From: Octopus vulgaris
Lineage: Eukaryota
Reading direction: 5' to 3'
DNA length: 64,000 bases
NCBI GenBank assembly: GCA_951406725.2
Contig: OX597818.1
Location: 89,528,001 to 89,592,000, forward strand
The translations under genes were made by a program, and so were the position numbers. Positions 52,031-63,960 of the stretch are shown piece by piece. Positions within the stretch are counted from its first letter, which is position 1, and every line of letters begins with the position of its first letter. The notes beneath the pieces are model-generated. The model was not told the DNA's origin, did not search any database, and was given only the letters and a program-made list of their open reading frames with translations.

Positions 52031-52704
52031 AAATAACTTTTCCTCCCTCCATTTCCCCCTTAGTATATCTAGTAATTTTATTAATAGTAGCCGATGCCAG
52101 TGCCGCCTGAATGGCTCGCGTGCTGGTGGCACGCAATAAGCACCATTCATGCGTGGGTCGTTGCCAGTGCCGCCTGACTGGCTCCCTGTGCGGGTGACAC
52201 GTAAAAAGCACCATCCGAATGTGGTCGATGCCAGTGCCCCACCCCCAAACCCGACTGGCTCCCATGTCGGTAGCACATAAAAAGCACCATCCGAACGTGG
52301 CTCATACTAGTGCTATCAGACTGGCCCCTGTGCCGGTGGCACGTAAAAAGCACCCACTACACTCTCGGAGTGGTTGGCATCAAAAAAAGTCATCCAGCTG
52401 TAGAAACATTGCCAGATTGGAGCTGGAGCCTGGTGCAGCCTCCTGGCTTGTCAGTCCCAAGTAAAACAGTCCAACCCATGCTAGCATGGAAATCGGACAT
52501 TAAACGATGATGATGATGATGAATGACAGTATGATGGCTATTAAGAAGCTTACTTCACAACTAGATGGTTTTGAATCCACTCCTATGACATTTTGGGTCA
52601 AAAGTCTTTAACCATAGCCCTGAGTTGACCAAATTCCTTGTGAGCGAATATCGTAGACGGAGCCTGTTTGGAAGCCTAGCCATCTAAGAAGTCAATGGAG
52701 TGGG

Positions 52705-53000
52705 TATATTAATCGAAGTGTACAGTATTATATACTTATTATGGCCAATGCTACCAATTGGCCTTGCACTAGAGCTTCAATAGAGTGTTAGATAAAAACC
52801 TGATTATGTAACCCTGTGCTCTTCTGAGACTGCAGTTATGGAATATGATATTTCATTCCATAACTGCCATATCTGAAGAGTGCAGGTTTACATATTTGGG
52901 CTGTTATCTAACACTCTGTTGAACCCCTAGTGCAAAATCAAAATCAATTGGTAAGATTGGCCATAATGAATGTATAATAGTGTACACTCCAATTAATATA
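52705..53000. repeat. ~300-bp fold-back palindrome (140-bp arms, 10-nt loop)
   Basis: Arms 52705-52844 and 52855-53000 are reverse complements, roughly 80-85% identical by eye. The right end abuts (TA)n. Confidence 0.85.
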
Positions 53001-54011
53001 TATATATAAATGGAAGACGGACGTTAAACGATGATGATGATATGTGCGTGTGTGTGTGTGTGGTCAGATGAGGTCAGTTTTGGTACGGTTCTTACAGCTG
53101 GATATCCTTCTGAACACAAACCACTTTACAGTGTGGACTGGGTGCTTTTAAGTGGCACCTGCACTGACAGGGTCACCAAGTACTTGGAAGACAAAAAAAA
53201 AAAAAATGGTGTGCATGTGGCAGGAGTGGCCGTGTTATATGTAGCTTGCTTACCAACCACATGGTTCTGGGTTCTGTCCCACTGCATGGCAACTTGAGCG
53301 TCTTCTATAGCCTCGGGTTGACCAAAGCCTTGTGAGCAGATTTGGTAACCAGAAACTGAAAGAAGCCCATTGTCCACCCACCATCACTTAACAATTGATG
53401 TTGGTCTGTTTACATCCCTGAAACTTAGTGGTTCAGCAAAAAAAAGACCAATAGAATAAGTACTAGGCTTACAAAGAATAAGTTCTGGGGTTGATTTACT
53501 TGACTAAAGGTGATGCTCCAGCATGGCCACAGTCAAATGACTGAAACTAATAAAAGAATGTGTTTGTGTTTGTCCCCATACCACTTAACAACTAGTGTTG
53601 GTTTGTTTACATCCACTAACATAACGACTGGTCAAAAATAAACAATACAGTGAGCACCAACATAGTCACAGTCTAATAACTGAAACACACAGAAAAAAAA
53701 ATCAATATCGATTGATATTTTCCATGCAGGAATAAGTACACTGGTACTTTGCATGGTGAGACTGGAGGGCTAAGTGTACTATTAGTCTTTGCTTTGTATT
53801 TGTGTCTTTCTTTTTTGCTCATAGATATTGGTTTTTCTTGTTCCTTTTTTCTTATATTTTCTTAATTGATACTTTACACTAGTCCAGTCTCATGGTTCCA
53901 GGTTCATTCCACTGCATGGCACCTTGGGCAAGTGTCTTCTACTATAGCCTTGGGCCGACTAAAGCCTTGTGAGTGGATTTGGTAGACAGAAACTGAAAGA
54001 AGCCCATTGTA

Positions 54012-54068
<57 letters not shown>

Positions 54069-54639
54069 TTGTGTTTGTCCCCCAACATTGCTTGACAACC
54101 AATGCTGGTGTGTTTATATCCCTGTAACTAAGCAGTTTGGCAAAAGAGACCGATAGAATAAGTACTAGGCTTACAAAGAATAAGTCCTGGAGTTGATTTG
54201 CTCGACTAAAGACTGAGACAAGTAAAAGAGAGAGAGTTGATTTGTTCAACTAAACCCTCAAAATTGTGCCCCAGCATGACTGAAACAAGTAAAAAGACAA
54301 AATATATCGACATAGAAAAAGGAGATGATCAATTATTGTCCTAGCCTGACCATGACAACTTTGATATAGAAATAGTTACAAGTGGATACATATTCATTTT
54401 CACTATAACCACTGGGCCCATACTTTATTGTCTCTGATATGACGCTAATAGTGACTAAAATTTTATTTATACGTACTGGCAAGGCTACTTTATAAATGAA
54501 AAAAAAAATAGGTAGCGCAGAGGTGATGCATATTCTACGCGCATACAAGGATAAAATAAAATTTAATGTAATAAATATATTCTCAGATGAATTCATACTT
54601 CAACAAAATGACATCAAGGGTTATTTCCCCTGCTTATCA

Positions 54640-54872
54640 TTTATGCATATGTAAGAAAGAAAAAAAAAACATTTTGATTCACCTGTCTGCCAGTTTTGAA
54701 GATAATCAAACCAAAATTTAATTAGTTTGAGCCACTCACCCAATGAGTATTTCTGCCAAATTTGCTGAAAATCTGTTCAGCTATTTTCCAGTAATTTTGC
54801 AAACACACAGACAAAGAAGACAAAGATGAACAATTACAATAACCCTGCTTCGCTTATGTGCACAGGGTTAAT
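54640..54872 (+). mobile_element. Helentron-associated (HINE/DINE-1-like) 3' end
   Basis: gccaaattt..gaaaatc, (CA/GACA) tract, terminal taaccctg-cttcgcttatgtgca-cagggtta hairpin. Confidence 0.4.
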
Positions 54873-55549
54873 TAGCTTTTCATGAACTTTTGCTCCTTAG
54901 TTTTCAATGAGCTATAAGCAAAGCAAAACATATTTTATTGGACTAATGATTATGTATTAAATATTTGTTAATAATTTCTCCTTTTCATCTCTAGAGACCA
55001 CAATGGTTTCAATATCTTCTGAGTGTATCAATTCCCTTCATTGGTGTGAGCAGTTTAATATTACCAAAGAATGTCAATGTAATTTTGGCCCATACACATC
55101 TTTCATTTTTTTCAGTCCTTAGACTGTGGCCATACTGGAGCACCACCTTGAAGAATTTCAGTTGAATGAATTGACCCCAATACTTCTTTATTTTTTTTTT
55201 TCAGCCTGGTATTAATTCTATCAGTCTCTTTTGCCAAATTGTTAAGTTACAGTGACATAAACACACTAACACCAGTTGTCAGGCAGTGGCAGGGGACAAA
55301 CACAAAGACATGCACACACACACATATATACATGACAAGCTTCTTTCAGTTTCCATCTACAAAATTCACTCACAAGGCTTTGGTTGGCCTGAGGAGTCTA
55401 TAGAAGACATCTGCCCAAGGTGCCACACAGTGGAATTGAACCTGTAACCATGTGGCTGGAAGTAAACTCCTTTCCACACAATCATGATATATACTTCTTC
55501 CCTCCTACATCCATGAAAGTGCTAAAACAGGGTACAGTTGAACAATTAC

Positions 55550-55926
55550 TCTTTTGCTTGTTTCAGTCATTTGACTGTGGCCATGCTGGAGCACCGCCTT
55601 TAGTTGAGCGAATCGACCCCAGGACTTATTCTATTGGTCTCATTTGCTGAACTGCTAGGTTACAGGGACGTAAACACACCAGCATCAGTTGTCAAGCGAT
55701 GTTGGAAGACAAACACAGACACACAAACATATACACACATGTACATATATATACATATATACGACAGGCTTCTTTCAGTTTCCATCTACCAAATCCACTC
55801 ACAAGGCTTTGGTCGACCCGAGGCTATAGCAGAAGACACTTGCCCAAGGTTCCACACAGTGGGACTGAACCCGGAACCATGCACTTGGTAAGCAAGCTAC
55901 TTACTACACAGCCACTCCTGCACCTA
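55550..55926 (-). mobile_element. SINE family A copy
   Basis: Matches the family-A consensus. Confidence 0.85.
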
Positions 55927-56003
55927 TAATTTAATTTTTTTAATCTTTTACTTGTATCATTGGACTGCAGTCAGGCTGGGGTGCCACCCTGAATGGCTTA
56001 GCT

Positions 56004-56268
56004 CAGTGGTTCCCAAACATTTTCAGACTGCTGCCCCCCTTGATACCTAGGCCACATTCCTAGTGCCCCCACCTTCAACTAACCATCACAAACATAGACC
56101 TCTTTCTGAAGCAAATTCAAAGCAACTGTATATGACAAATAAAACTTAACCTAATGAATTCATTATTTTGTTGTTTTTACATGAATCACTACCCCATTAT
56201 CACCCCATGCCCCCTGGGAACTTTCTCCCGCCTCAGGTAGGCAATACCACCCACTTTAGGAACCACTG
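56004..56268. mobile_element. hAT-type MITE nested in a SINE
   Basis: TIRs cagtggttcccaaa and tttaggaaccactg. Degenerate 8-bp TSD gcttagct / gctgagtt. Confidence 0.7.
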
Positions 56269-56917
56269 GCTGAGTTGAACAAATCAATGCCAGTACTTAT
56301 TTCTTTAAAAGCCTAGTACTTATTCAATCCTTCTCTTTTTGCTGAACCATTAAGCTACAGGAACGTAAACAAACCAACACCACTTCTCAAATTGTGATTA
56401 GGACAAATACAAACACACACATACAATGGGTTTCCACACAGTTTCAGTCAAATTTCCTCACAAGGCATTTGTTTACCCTAGGCTATAATAGAAGGTATTT
56501 GTTCAAGGTGCCATGCACTGAAACTAAACTTGGGGTTGATGTAATTGACTTACCCCTACCCCAAAATTGCTGGCTTTGTGCCAAAATTTGAAGTCAATAT
56601 TTGTAGTTAAAATGGTTTAGATATTAGTACAGGCATGGCTGTATGGTAATAAGCTTGCTTCTCAACCACATGGTTCTGGGTTCTGCCCCACAGCACCTTG
56701 AGCAAGTGTCTTCTACTATAGCCTTGGGCCAGCCAAAGACTTGTGAGTGGATTTGGTAGACAGAAACTGAAAGAAGCCCATCATATATACATATATATAT
56801 ATACAGTGGTTGGACAAAATAATGGAAACACCTAGCATGATAGCATCACAATTTTGAAATATCCATAAAACTGTCAAAAGCTTGTTTATTTTTATGTCTT
56901 TTTAATTTATTATTATC

Positions 56918-57978
56918 ACACATCCATCAGAGCATACTGGCTTCATTTCTTGCGAGCTTACGCATATTCTCAGCAGTCACGAAACATGGGCTGTGACTGC
57001 TGAGGATATGCGTAAGCTCGCAAGAAATGAAGCCAGTATGCTCCAATGGATGTGTAATCAGTATTCATACTCGACAGAGTGTAAGTACCTTGAGAGAAAA
57101 GCTGGACCTAAGAAGCATAAGATGTGGTGTGCAAGAGAGACGTTTGCGATGGTATGGACATGTGACGAGAATGGATGAAGATAGTTGTGTGAAAAAGTCC
57201 CACACCCTAGCGGTTGAGGGAACCTGTGGAAGAGGCAGACCCAGGAAAACCTGGGACGAGGTGGTGAAGCACGACCTTCGAACTTTAGGTCTCACTGAGG
57301 AAATGACTAGAGACCGAGACCTCTGGAAGTGTGCTGTGCGTGAGAAGACCCGGCGGGACAAGTGAGACCATAACCAGTGGCCTTCTACATGGGATGTAGC
57401 CAGCCCACTTGTGCATACCTTCCCTTCTTGGGACACAAAACTCTACTTGTGAAGACCTGTTGAGGCAAGTGAGAATCAGAATCAAATCAGAATCGAAATC
57501 GATCAATGGAAATTGCAGCTGAGTTGCCAGTGCCGGTGGCACGTAAGAGAACCATCCGAACGTGGCCGTTGCCAGCACCGCCCTGACTGGCCTCATGCCA
57601 GTGGCACGTAAAAAGCACCATCCATTTGTGGCCGTTGCCAGCGCCGCCCCGACTGGCCTTGTGCTGGTGGCATGTAAAAAGCACCAACCGTTTGTGGCCA
57701 TTGCCAGCCTCGCCTGGCCCCCGTGCCAGTGGCACATAAAAAGCACCATCCGATCGTGGCTGTTTGCCAGACTCGTCTGGCACCTATGCCGGTGGCACGT
57801 AAAAAGCACCCACTACACTCATGGAGTGGTTGGCGTTAGGAAGGGCGTCCAGCCGTAGAAACATTGCCAGATCAAACTGGGCCTGGTGCAGCCTTCTCTG
57901 GCTTCCCAGACCCCAGTTGAACCGTCCAACCCATGCTAGCATGGAAAGTGGACGCTAAACGATGATGATGATGATGAT
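56918..57978 (+). mobile_element. 3' RTE fragment with inverted 5' duplication
   Basis: ORF 57027-57365 is nearly identical to the C-terminus of 14839-16059. (GAT)n tail. 56918-56980 is the reverse complement of 56993-57055. Confidence 0.9.
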
Positions 57979-58552
57979 CATCATCATCATTGCCGTTTAA
58001 CATCTGCTTTCCATGCTAGCATGGGTTGGATGATTTGACTGAGGACTGGCGAACAAGATGGCTGCACCAGGCTCCAATCTTGATCTGGCAGAGTTTCTAC
58101 AGCTGGATGCCCTTCCTAACACCAACCACTCTGAGAGTGTAGTGGGTGCTTTTACGTGCCACTGGCATGAGGGCCAGTCAGGCAGTACTGGCAAAGGCTA
58201 TGCTCAAATGGTGTTTTTTTATGTGCCAGCTGCACAGGAGCCAGTCCAGTGGCACTGGCAATGACCTCGCTCGACTGTTTTTTCACGTGCCACCAGCACA
58301 AGTGCCAGTAAGGCGACGCTGGTAACAATCACACTCGAATGGTGCTTTTTACGTGCCACTGGCAGGGAAGCCAATTTGCTGCTCTGGCAATGATCACACT
58401 CAGATGGTGCTCTTAGCATTCCACTAGCACGGATGCCAGTCATCGAATTTGATTTTGATTTCACTTGCTTGTCAGTGTTGCTTAATATGTTTTGCTAAAA
58501 TTGCTGTTTCTTTCCAGATATCATCAGAAAAAGAGAATTAAAATTCATTAAA

Positions 58553-59578
58553 ATGACAGATCTATTGGACTTTCAAAGAGGTTAAATTGTTGGTTCTTGT
58601 ATGGCAGGTGCTAACGTAACAAAAACAGCTGAAATGTTTGGTGTATCAAGAAGTACTGACTGGAAAGTAATGACAACCTTTGAGAAAGAGAGAAAAACTT
58701 CCAGAAGAAAACCAAACTTTCAGATAGGGACTGTCAGACACTTAAGCAGACTGTTAGAAAGGATCACAAAAGTAAAGCTCCCAAAATTACTGCAGAGCTT
58801 AATGACCACCTTGAGAACCCTGTTTCCATAAAAACTGTTCACCAGGAGCTGCACACAGACGGATTTCATGGGAGGGCTGCAATCAGAAAACCACTACTTT
58901 CAAAAGGGAAGGTATGCACATTGTAAAGCGTTTAGAGTGGAGTAAAAACCTACAGAATTGGTCCCTAGAGCAGTGGAAGAATGCTATTTTCTTAGATGAG
59001 TCATCCTTTACCTTATTACTGACCACTGGCCGAGCATATATGTAAGACAGCCAAAAGAAGCATTTGACCCAGACTGCCTTCTTCCAACTGTTAAACATGG
59101 AGTAGGATCTGTGATGATTTGGGTGGGAGGGGGTATATCTTGGAAATCCACCGACCCAATGGTTTCCCTTCATGGAAGAATTAATAGTCAAGACTGTTTG
59201 AGCATTTTATCTGATCAAATTCATCCTATGGTTGCAGAACTGTTTCCAGAGGGAAACGCAATCTTTCAGGATGATAATGCACCAATTCACACAGCTAAAG
59301 CTGTTACTGAATCGCACGAAGAACATTCTCATGAAATTGAAAATCTTATCTGGTCACCACAGTCCCCAGATCCCAATATTATTGAATATTTATGGTGCAT
59401 TTTAGAAAAACAAGTAAGGAGTCGATATCCTCCACCATCATCACTACAAGAGCTGGAAACTGTTTTAGCTGAAGAACAAACAAAAATTCCTTTGGAAACA
59501 ATTCAAACTTTGTACGAGTCCATACCTCGTAGAATTCAAGCTGTAATTACTGCCAAAGGTGGTCCTACCCCATATTAA
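58553..59578 (+). pseudogene. Tc1 transposase pseudogene
   Basis: MTDLLDFQRG*IVG.. start, HTH, FLDES, FQDDNAPIH and SPDPNIIEYLW motifs, with stops and frameshifts. Confidence 0.9.
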
Positions 59579-59723
59579 AATAAATTTGTTTGAAATTTTA
59601 AGGTGTTTCCATTATTTTGTCCAACCCCTGTATATATATACGGTGACCAGTGAATAGATTTCACTGTAAATATATATATTTGCAAAGGCTTGGCAGGTAT
59701 CTCAACTAGCAGGACTTACTACT

Positions 59724-59767
59724 CTGGACTGATGACGGGCAAGACCCAGAAATATGCGTGTCTTCAG
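59724..59767 (+). ncRNA. Canonical-core type-I hammerhead ribozyme motif inside a short inverted-repeat element (~59675-59816)
   Basis: Stem I ctgga/ttcag, CTGATGA, stem II ggg-caaga-ccc, GAAA, near-palindromic stem III tatgcgtg, GUC triplet (predicted cleavage after 59762). Confidence 0.7.
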
Positions 59768-59931
59768 GTTGCTAGTCCTAGCTGGTGGGAATGCTTGCCT
59801 CCCCTTCGCAAATATAAGGACACAGGAAATGTGTCAAAGCCGACAGGAAGCGTCGATGCTTCCTAGGGCTAAATAGCGGTGGTGTAATTCCCTTTACGGG
59901 ACTGTCACATTATGTTGATAGTATACAACCA

Positions 59932-59982
<51 letters not shown>

Positions 59983-61153
59983 TACAAACACATAGTTGAG
60001 AAGCTTCTTAACCACATAATCATGCCTGATAAAGCATTTTCTCCTTCCTTCTCCACTTCACAAATCCTAACAAATTCCTATGTCTATTGAATCCAGCTAC
60101 AAACCCATGACAGTAATTTATTATGGAATCACTATTTACTGTCATCATTATATCTCATATAATTCTCTAAGTCCCTTTAGACTCTTGTATTTCAGATTCT
60201 TCTTCCTACTTCATATTGCTTTTGCAAAGCATGATCAGAACTTATTTTTATTAAGCTATAATGCCAAGAGTATTGCTTCTTTACTGCAATATAGCTAAAA
60301 AAAATGTGAGCACTATGTTCAAATTTACAAGCAGCATCTAGTCAATAACATCATGCAGAAGTCTGAGTGTTGGTTTTTCTTCGTTTATGTTCTTACAGAG
60401 TCCTTCCCCCCTTTCATCATCATCACTCAATGTCTGTTTACCATGTTTGCATGGGTTGTGTGGTTTGACAGGAGCTGGCTAGGCAGAAGGCTGCACCAGG
60501 CTTCACTGTCCATTTTGATATGGTTTTTATGGCTGGATGCCCTTCCTAACACCAACCACCTTATATATTTCTTTACTGCCCACAAGGGGCTAAACATAGA
60601 GGGGACAAACAAGGACAAAGGAATCACAATGACCCCAGTTGCAAAACTGGTACTCCGAAAGGATGAAAGGCAAAGTCGACCTCGGCGGAATTTGAACTCA
60701 GAACATAACGACAGACGAAATACATTTTGCCCGGCGCACTAACGTTTCTGCCAGCTCGACACCTTATAGAGTGGACTCAGTGCCTATTACATGGCATGTG
60801 GAAAATAGTGGGGCATGTGGAAAATAGTGGGGCTGCCACTGGGTGTTGCTTTCATTGCACTAACATTGGTGCATTGTTGTTTTAATGAATCCACAAAGGT
60901 CCACAGGACAAGGAGCCTTTAGGATATTGTACCAAGGAAGTGGCCTTTGTGTCAGGTCGTTGCGAAGCTACTTTGGATTCTCGAGGTTAAAATATGATAC
61001 AGTGACAGGAACAGGTGTCATGACATAGAGGAAGTAAATGGGAACCCCAGCAGAAAAATGAGAAAGGATAGTAAAGATGAGGTGTCAGAGTAAAAGAAGG
61101 TCGATAAAAAAGTAGAGACAGAGACAGACTCGATGATAGCTGGGTGTGTAGAT

Positions 61154-61917
61154 TTGTGATCATGACATACCTACTGCTCGCATCAACTTTGTTTCCTCAT
61201 AACGTTCGTAAAACATGTTATTTTTAAATGAAATTGCCTGCAAATACACATCAGATGGTGCAGATTACGATAATATCGTAATTTGATACGAACAATTTTT
61301 TCCGGGCGTAGGAGAGAAGTTTCGGAAAATTCCCACGAGTCGGCATTGTTTCTTTATAACTTTCAGAAAAATGGGTATTTTTTAACGAAATTTTCTACAA
61401 ATTCCTTTCAGAATGTTTCGACTACGATTATGTTGGAATTTAATAAGAAGACAAAAAATGGTGAGCACGCACACATACATACATACTGACCAACACATCG
61501 CAATTTCTTTCGAATTTCAAGTTTCGTTTTGTAAATATATAATAAGAGTGAAGCGTGTCACTATGTTTGTGCACGTGCCCACAGTTTTTTCTTTCTTTTT
61601 TTTTTTTTTCCACATAATATTCTGATATAATCGTAATCAAGACACTCAGAAAGGTATTTGTAGAAAATTTGAAAATATATTCATTTTCCTGGAAGTTAAG
61701 GAAACAAAACCGAATCTTGTAAATTTTCCGAAACTACTCTCCTCACCTCCGGAAAAAAAAACAAACAAACCTACACCAAATTCCGATATAATTTGAATAT
61801 ACAACATCTAAAGCGCATTTGTAGAAAATTTCATTTTAAAAAATCCATTTTCTGAAAGTTATGAGGCAACTAAATCAAAGTGGAGAGCACAATTGTGTAG
61901 GTATGCCGCGATCACAA
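61154..61917. mobile_element. Fold-back/MITE-like element with internal inverted modules
   Basis: Terminal IR ttgtgatcatgacatacctac / gtaggtatgccgcgatcacaa (18/21). Internal IR ~61295-61415 vs ~61643-61757. Confidence 0.6.
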
Positions 61918-62309
61918 TAAGCGGCTTCTACTGTATGTATGTAAATATGTATGAATGCATGTATGCAAGTATGTTTATATGAGTTCGTTTATATGTCAAT
62001 GTTCGTTCGACTGACTCGTGGCTAACAACAGCAACGTGTATTCTTCATTTACAATGTCAACACGCGAAAACATAACCTTTTAAAAAAAAAAATAATAATA
62101 ATAAAACATTGTGTACAGTGCTCACTTGGGTGATTACGACGTTCGTTGGATTTCTCTCGCGTGGGACAAATTACCAGTGCAAAATTTGAAAATTTTGAAT
62201 CAGATCGTCAAATACAGGTGTTTGAACATTTTGCTTCCCGGCCGTTAATCCTGTAATACGCGAAATGAGTCGGTGTTGTCAGCGTAACCTTTTACGACGG
62301 TGACATAGC

Positions 62310-62348
62310 ATGGCCGCAGTCCTTAATGTAAAACGTAACTGTGCGGAA
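62310..62348 (+). CDS. Candidate first coding exon of an unidentified divergent gene (MAAVLNVKRNCAE)
   Basis: Strong Kozak agcATGG and GAA|GTAAGT donor in phase 0, inside a CpG-rich island. No downstream exon found, so the product is unknown. Confidence 0.45.
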
Positions 62349-62673
62349 GTAAGTCTTATGGACGATACAACCGAGGCTAGAAACTGATACATAAGATACA
62401 AGCTTGAAGTGCTATGAGTGGGAGCGAACCCAGTACCCTGTGACTGCAAAGCAAACTTTTCATCTACCCAACCATGCCTGCATCCAACATACATGCATGC
62501 GCGTATGCGAGTGTGTGTGCACGTGTGCTAGTGTGTGCGAATGTTCGTATGAAGCCTCAACGTGGTTGTTCAACCTGTCAGCTAGAAATAGTACCAAATT
62601 CTCCCTTAAGCTGCATTCTAACATCTTAAAAAGAGCATAAAAGTAAAAGAGGGAACATGGAATAAAATTGTCC

Positions 62674-62920
62674 AAGGGGCGGAATTTTGGAATAACGAAC
62701 CTTCGAAGTTGCATACCTCATGGGCAAGGAAAAAGATAGTTTTATTGCTTTATTATTACCGTTAATCCTTTATCGATATTCCGAATTCAGATAACGGAAA
62801 TAAACGATCACACAAAAAGTTATTTTACATTCTCGCTTTTTCCACATACTGTTGTACTCTTATCGTATCCCATGAGGTATAGGACATCGAAGGACCGATA
62901 ATCAAAATTCTCCGCCGTCC
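62674..62920. mobile_element. Decayed MITE-like inverted repeat
   Basis: ggcggaattttgg..ccttcgaagttgcatacctcatggg vs cccatgaggtataggacatcgaagg..caaaattctccgcc. Confidence 0.5.
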
Positions 62921-63279
62921 GAAGTGGCACCAGTGGGACGGTTGTTACTGGAAAACCTTTGCTCATGGGATCTTACTCATGCCTAATCAACATACGCACA
63001 TTGGTAAAACATGTGTACATAATGCATTTAAAAAATTTATATATATAAAAAAAAATTACGTGTATTTTGCGTTGGTGTTGTGTATCCCCCAGGCCAGTCT
63101 GACTAAACAGACATAATAAAAGGCGTTCGTCCCATGACAATCCCGCCTATGCATTGAAGATTGGATAGTTTTTTTTAAAGATGTTTAAAGGGTGAGTTGT
63201 GAGAGATTTGGCTGCTATTTCTAACAGACTGAGTGACCACATAAAGGTTTTCATATTATTGTCAGTCACTAACCAAGAT

Positions 63280-63357
63280 CAAAGGTATGCCAACCGTGAC
63301 TCACGTCGTTTGTTTAGACAAAGGTATGCCAACCGTGACTCACGTCGTTTGTTTGGA
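63280..63357. repeat. 39-bp tandem duplication
   Basis: caaaggtatgccaaccgtgactcacgtcgtttgttt(a/g)ga occurs twice. Confidence 0.9.
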
Positions 63358-63606
63358 CAACATTAGTCTATCTTTTCATTCATTATTTTATTAACACAAT
63401 AAAGTAATCTGAGGGAGATTTAGCTGCAGTCTCTAACAGATTGAATATCCATGGAGAAGGCCCATTCATTGTGGTTTAGCGTAGATTATACCTGATCGAA
63501 GGCGATCCAGCCATGACCATTCTGTCTTTTGCTAACATGCAGGAAATTCAGGACCACCGTCCAACGTGAATGATAACGAAAGATAGATGGGTATAACTAG
63601 AAACAG

Positions 63607-63960
63607 GTGCCCCGCTCCGATTTGTTTCCCTATAACTTACTGAAGAATGGATAGTTGTTAAAGAAATTTTGAAGAAATACATTTTCGAGGATGTAGATTA
63701 TATTGATAAAAATTGAGAAGAAATGTTGAGGAGTTTCAGATGTTTCTCCTTTCACTTCCGTCCTGATGTTTTTACCACCAAATTTCGTAACTTTTAACAT
63801 TTTCATCCACCTTTTTTTATATTTTCTTCAGATTTATATGTTTGAAACATCAGCATAATTGTAATCTACATCCTCGAAAACGGATTTTAGCAAAATTTCA
63901 CTTAAAAAAAAAACGCATTTGAAAAGATATTATGAAAAGCAAAAGTCGGGATTGGGGCAC
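63607..63960. mobile_element. MITE-like fold-back element
   Basis: Ends gtgccccgctccga and tcgggattggggcac. Internal IR ttttcgaggatgtagatta / taatctacatcctcgaaaa. Confidence 0.6.

Larger units (their letters stand above)
56804..59630 (+). mobile_element. Tc1-like (DD34E) transposon with two nested RTE-derived insertions
   Basis: TIRs cagtggttggacaaaataatggaaacacct and aggtgtttccattattttgtccaacccctg (1 mismatch in 30). TA flanks within (TA)n. Confidence 0.92.

Noticed and set aside
57525-57810. CRISPR-like array of hairpin repeats
   Set aside because: The spacers are homologous to one another, there are no cas genes, and the array is part of an RTE 3'UTR in a eukaryote.
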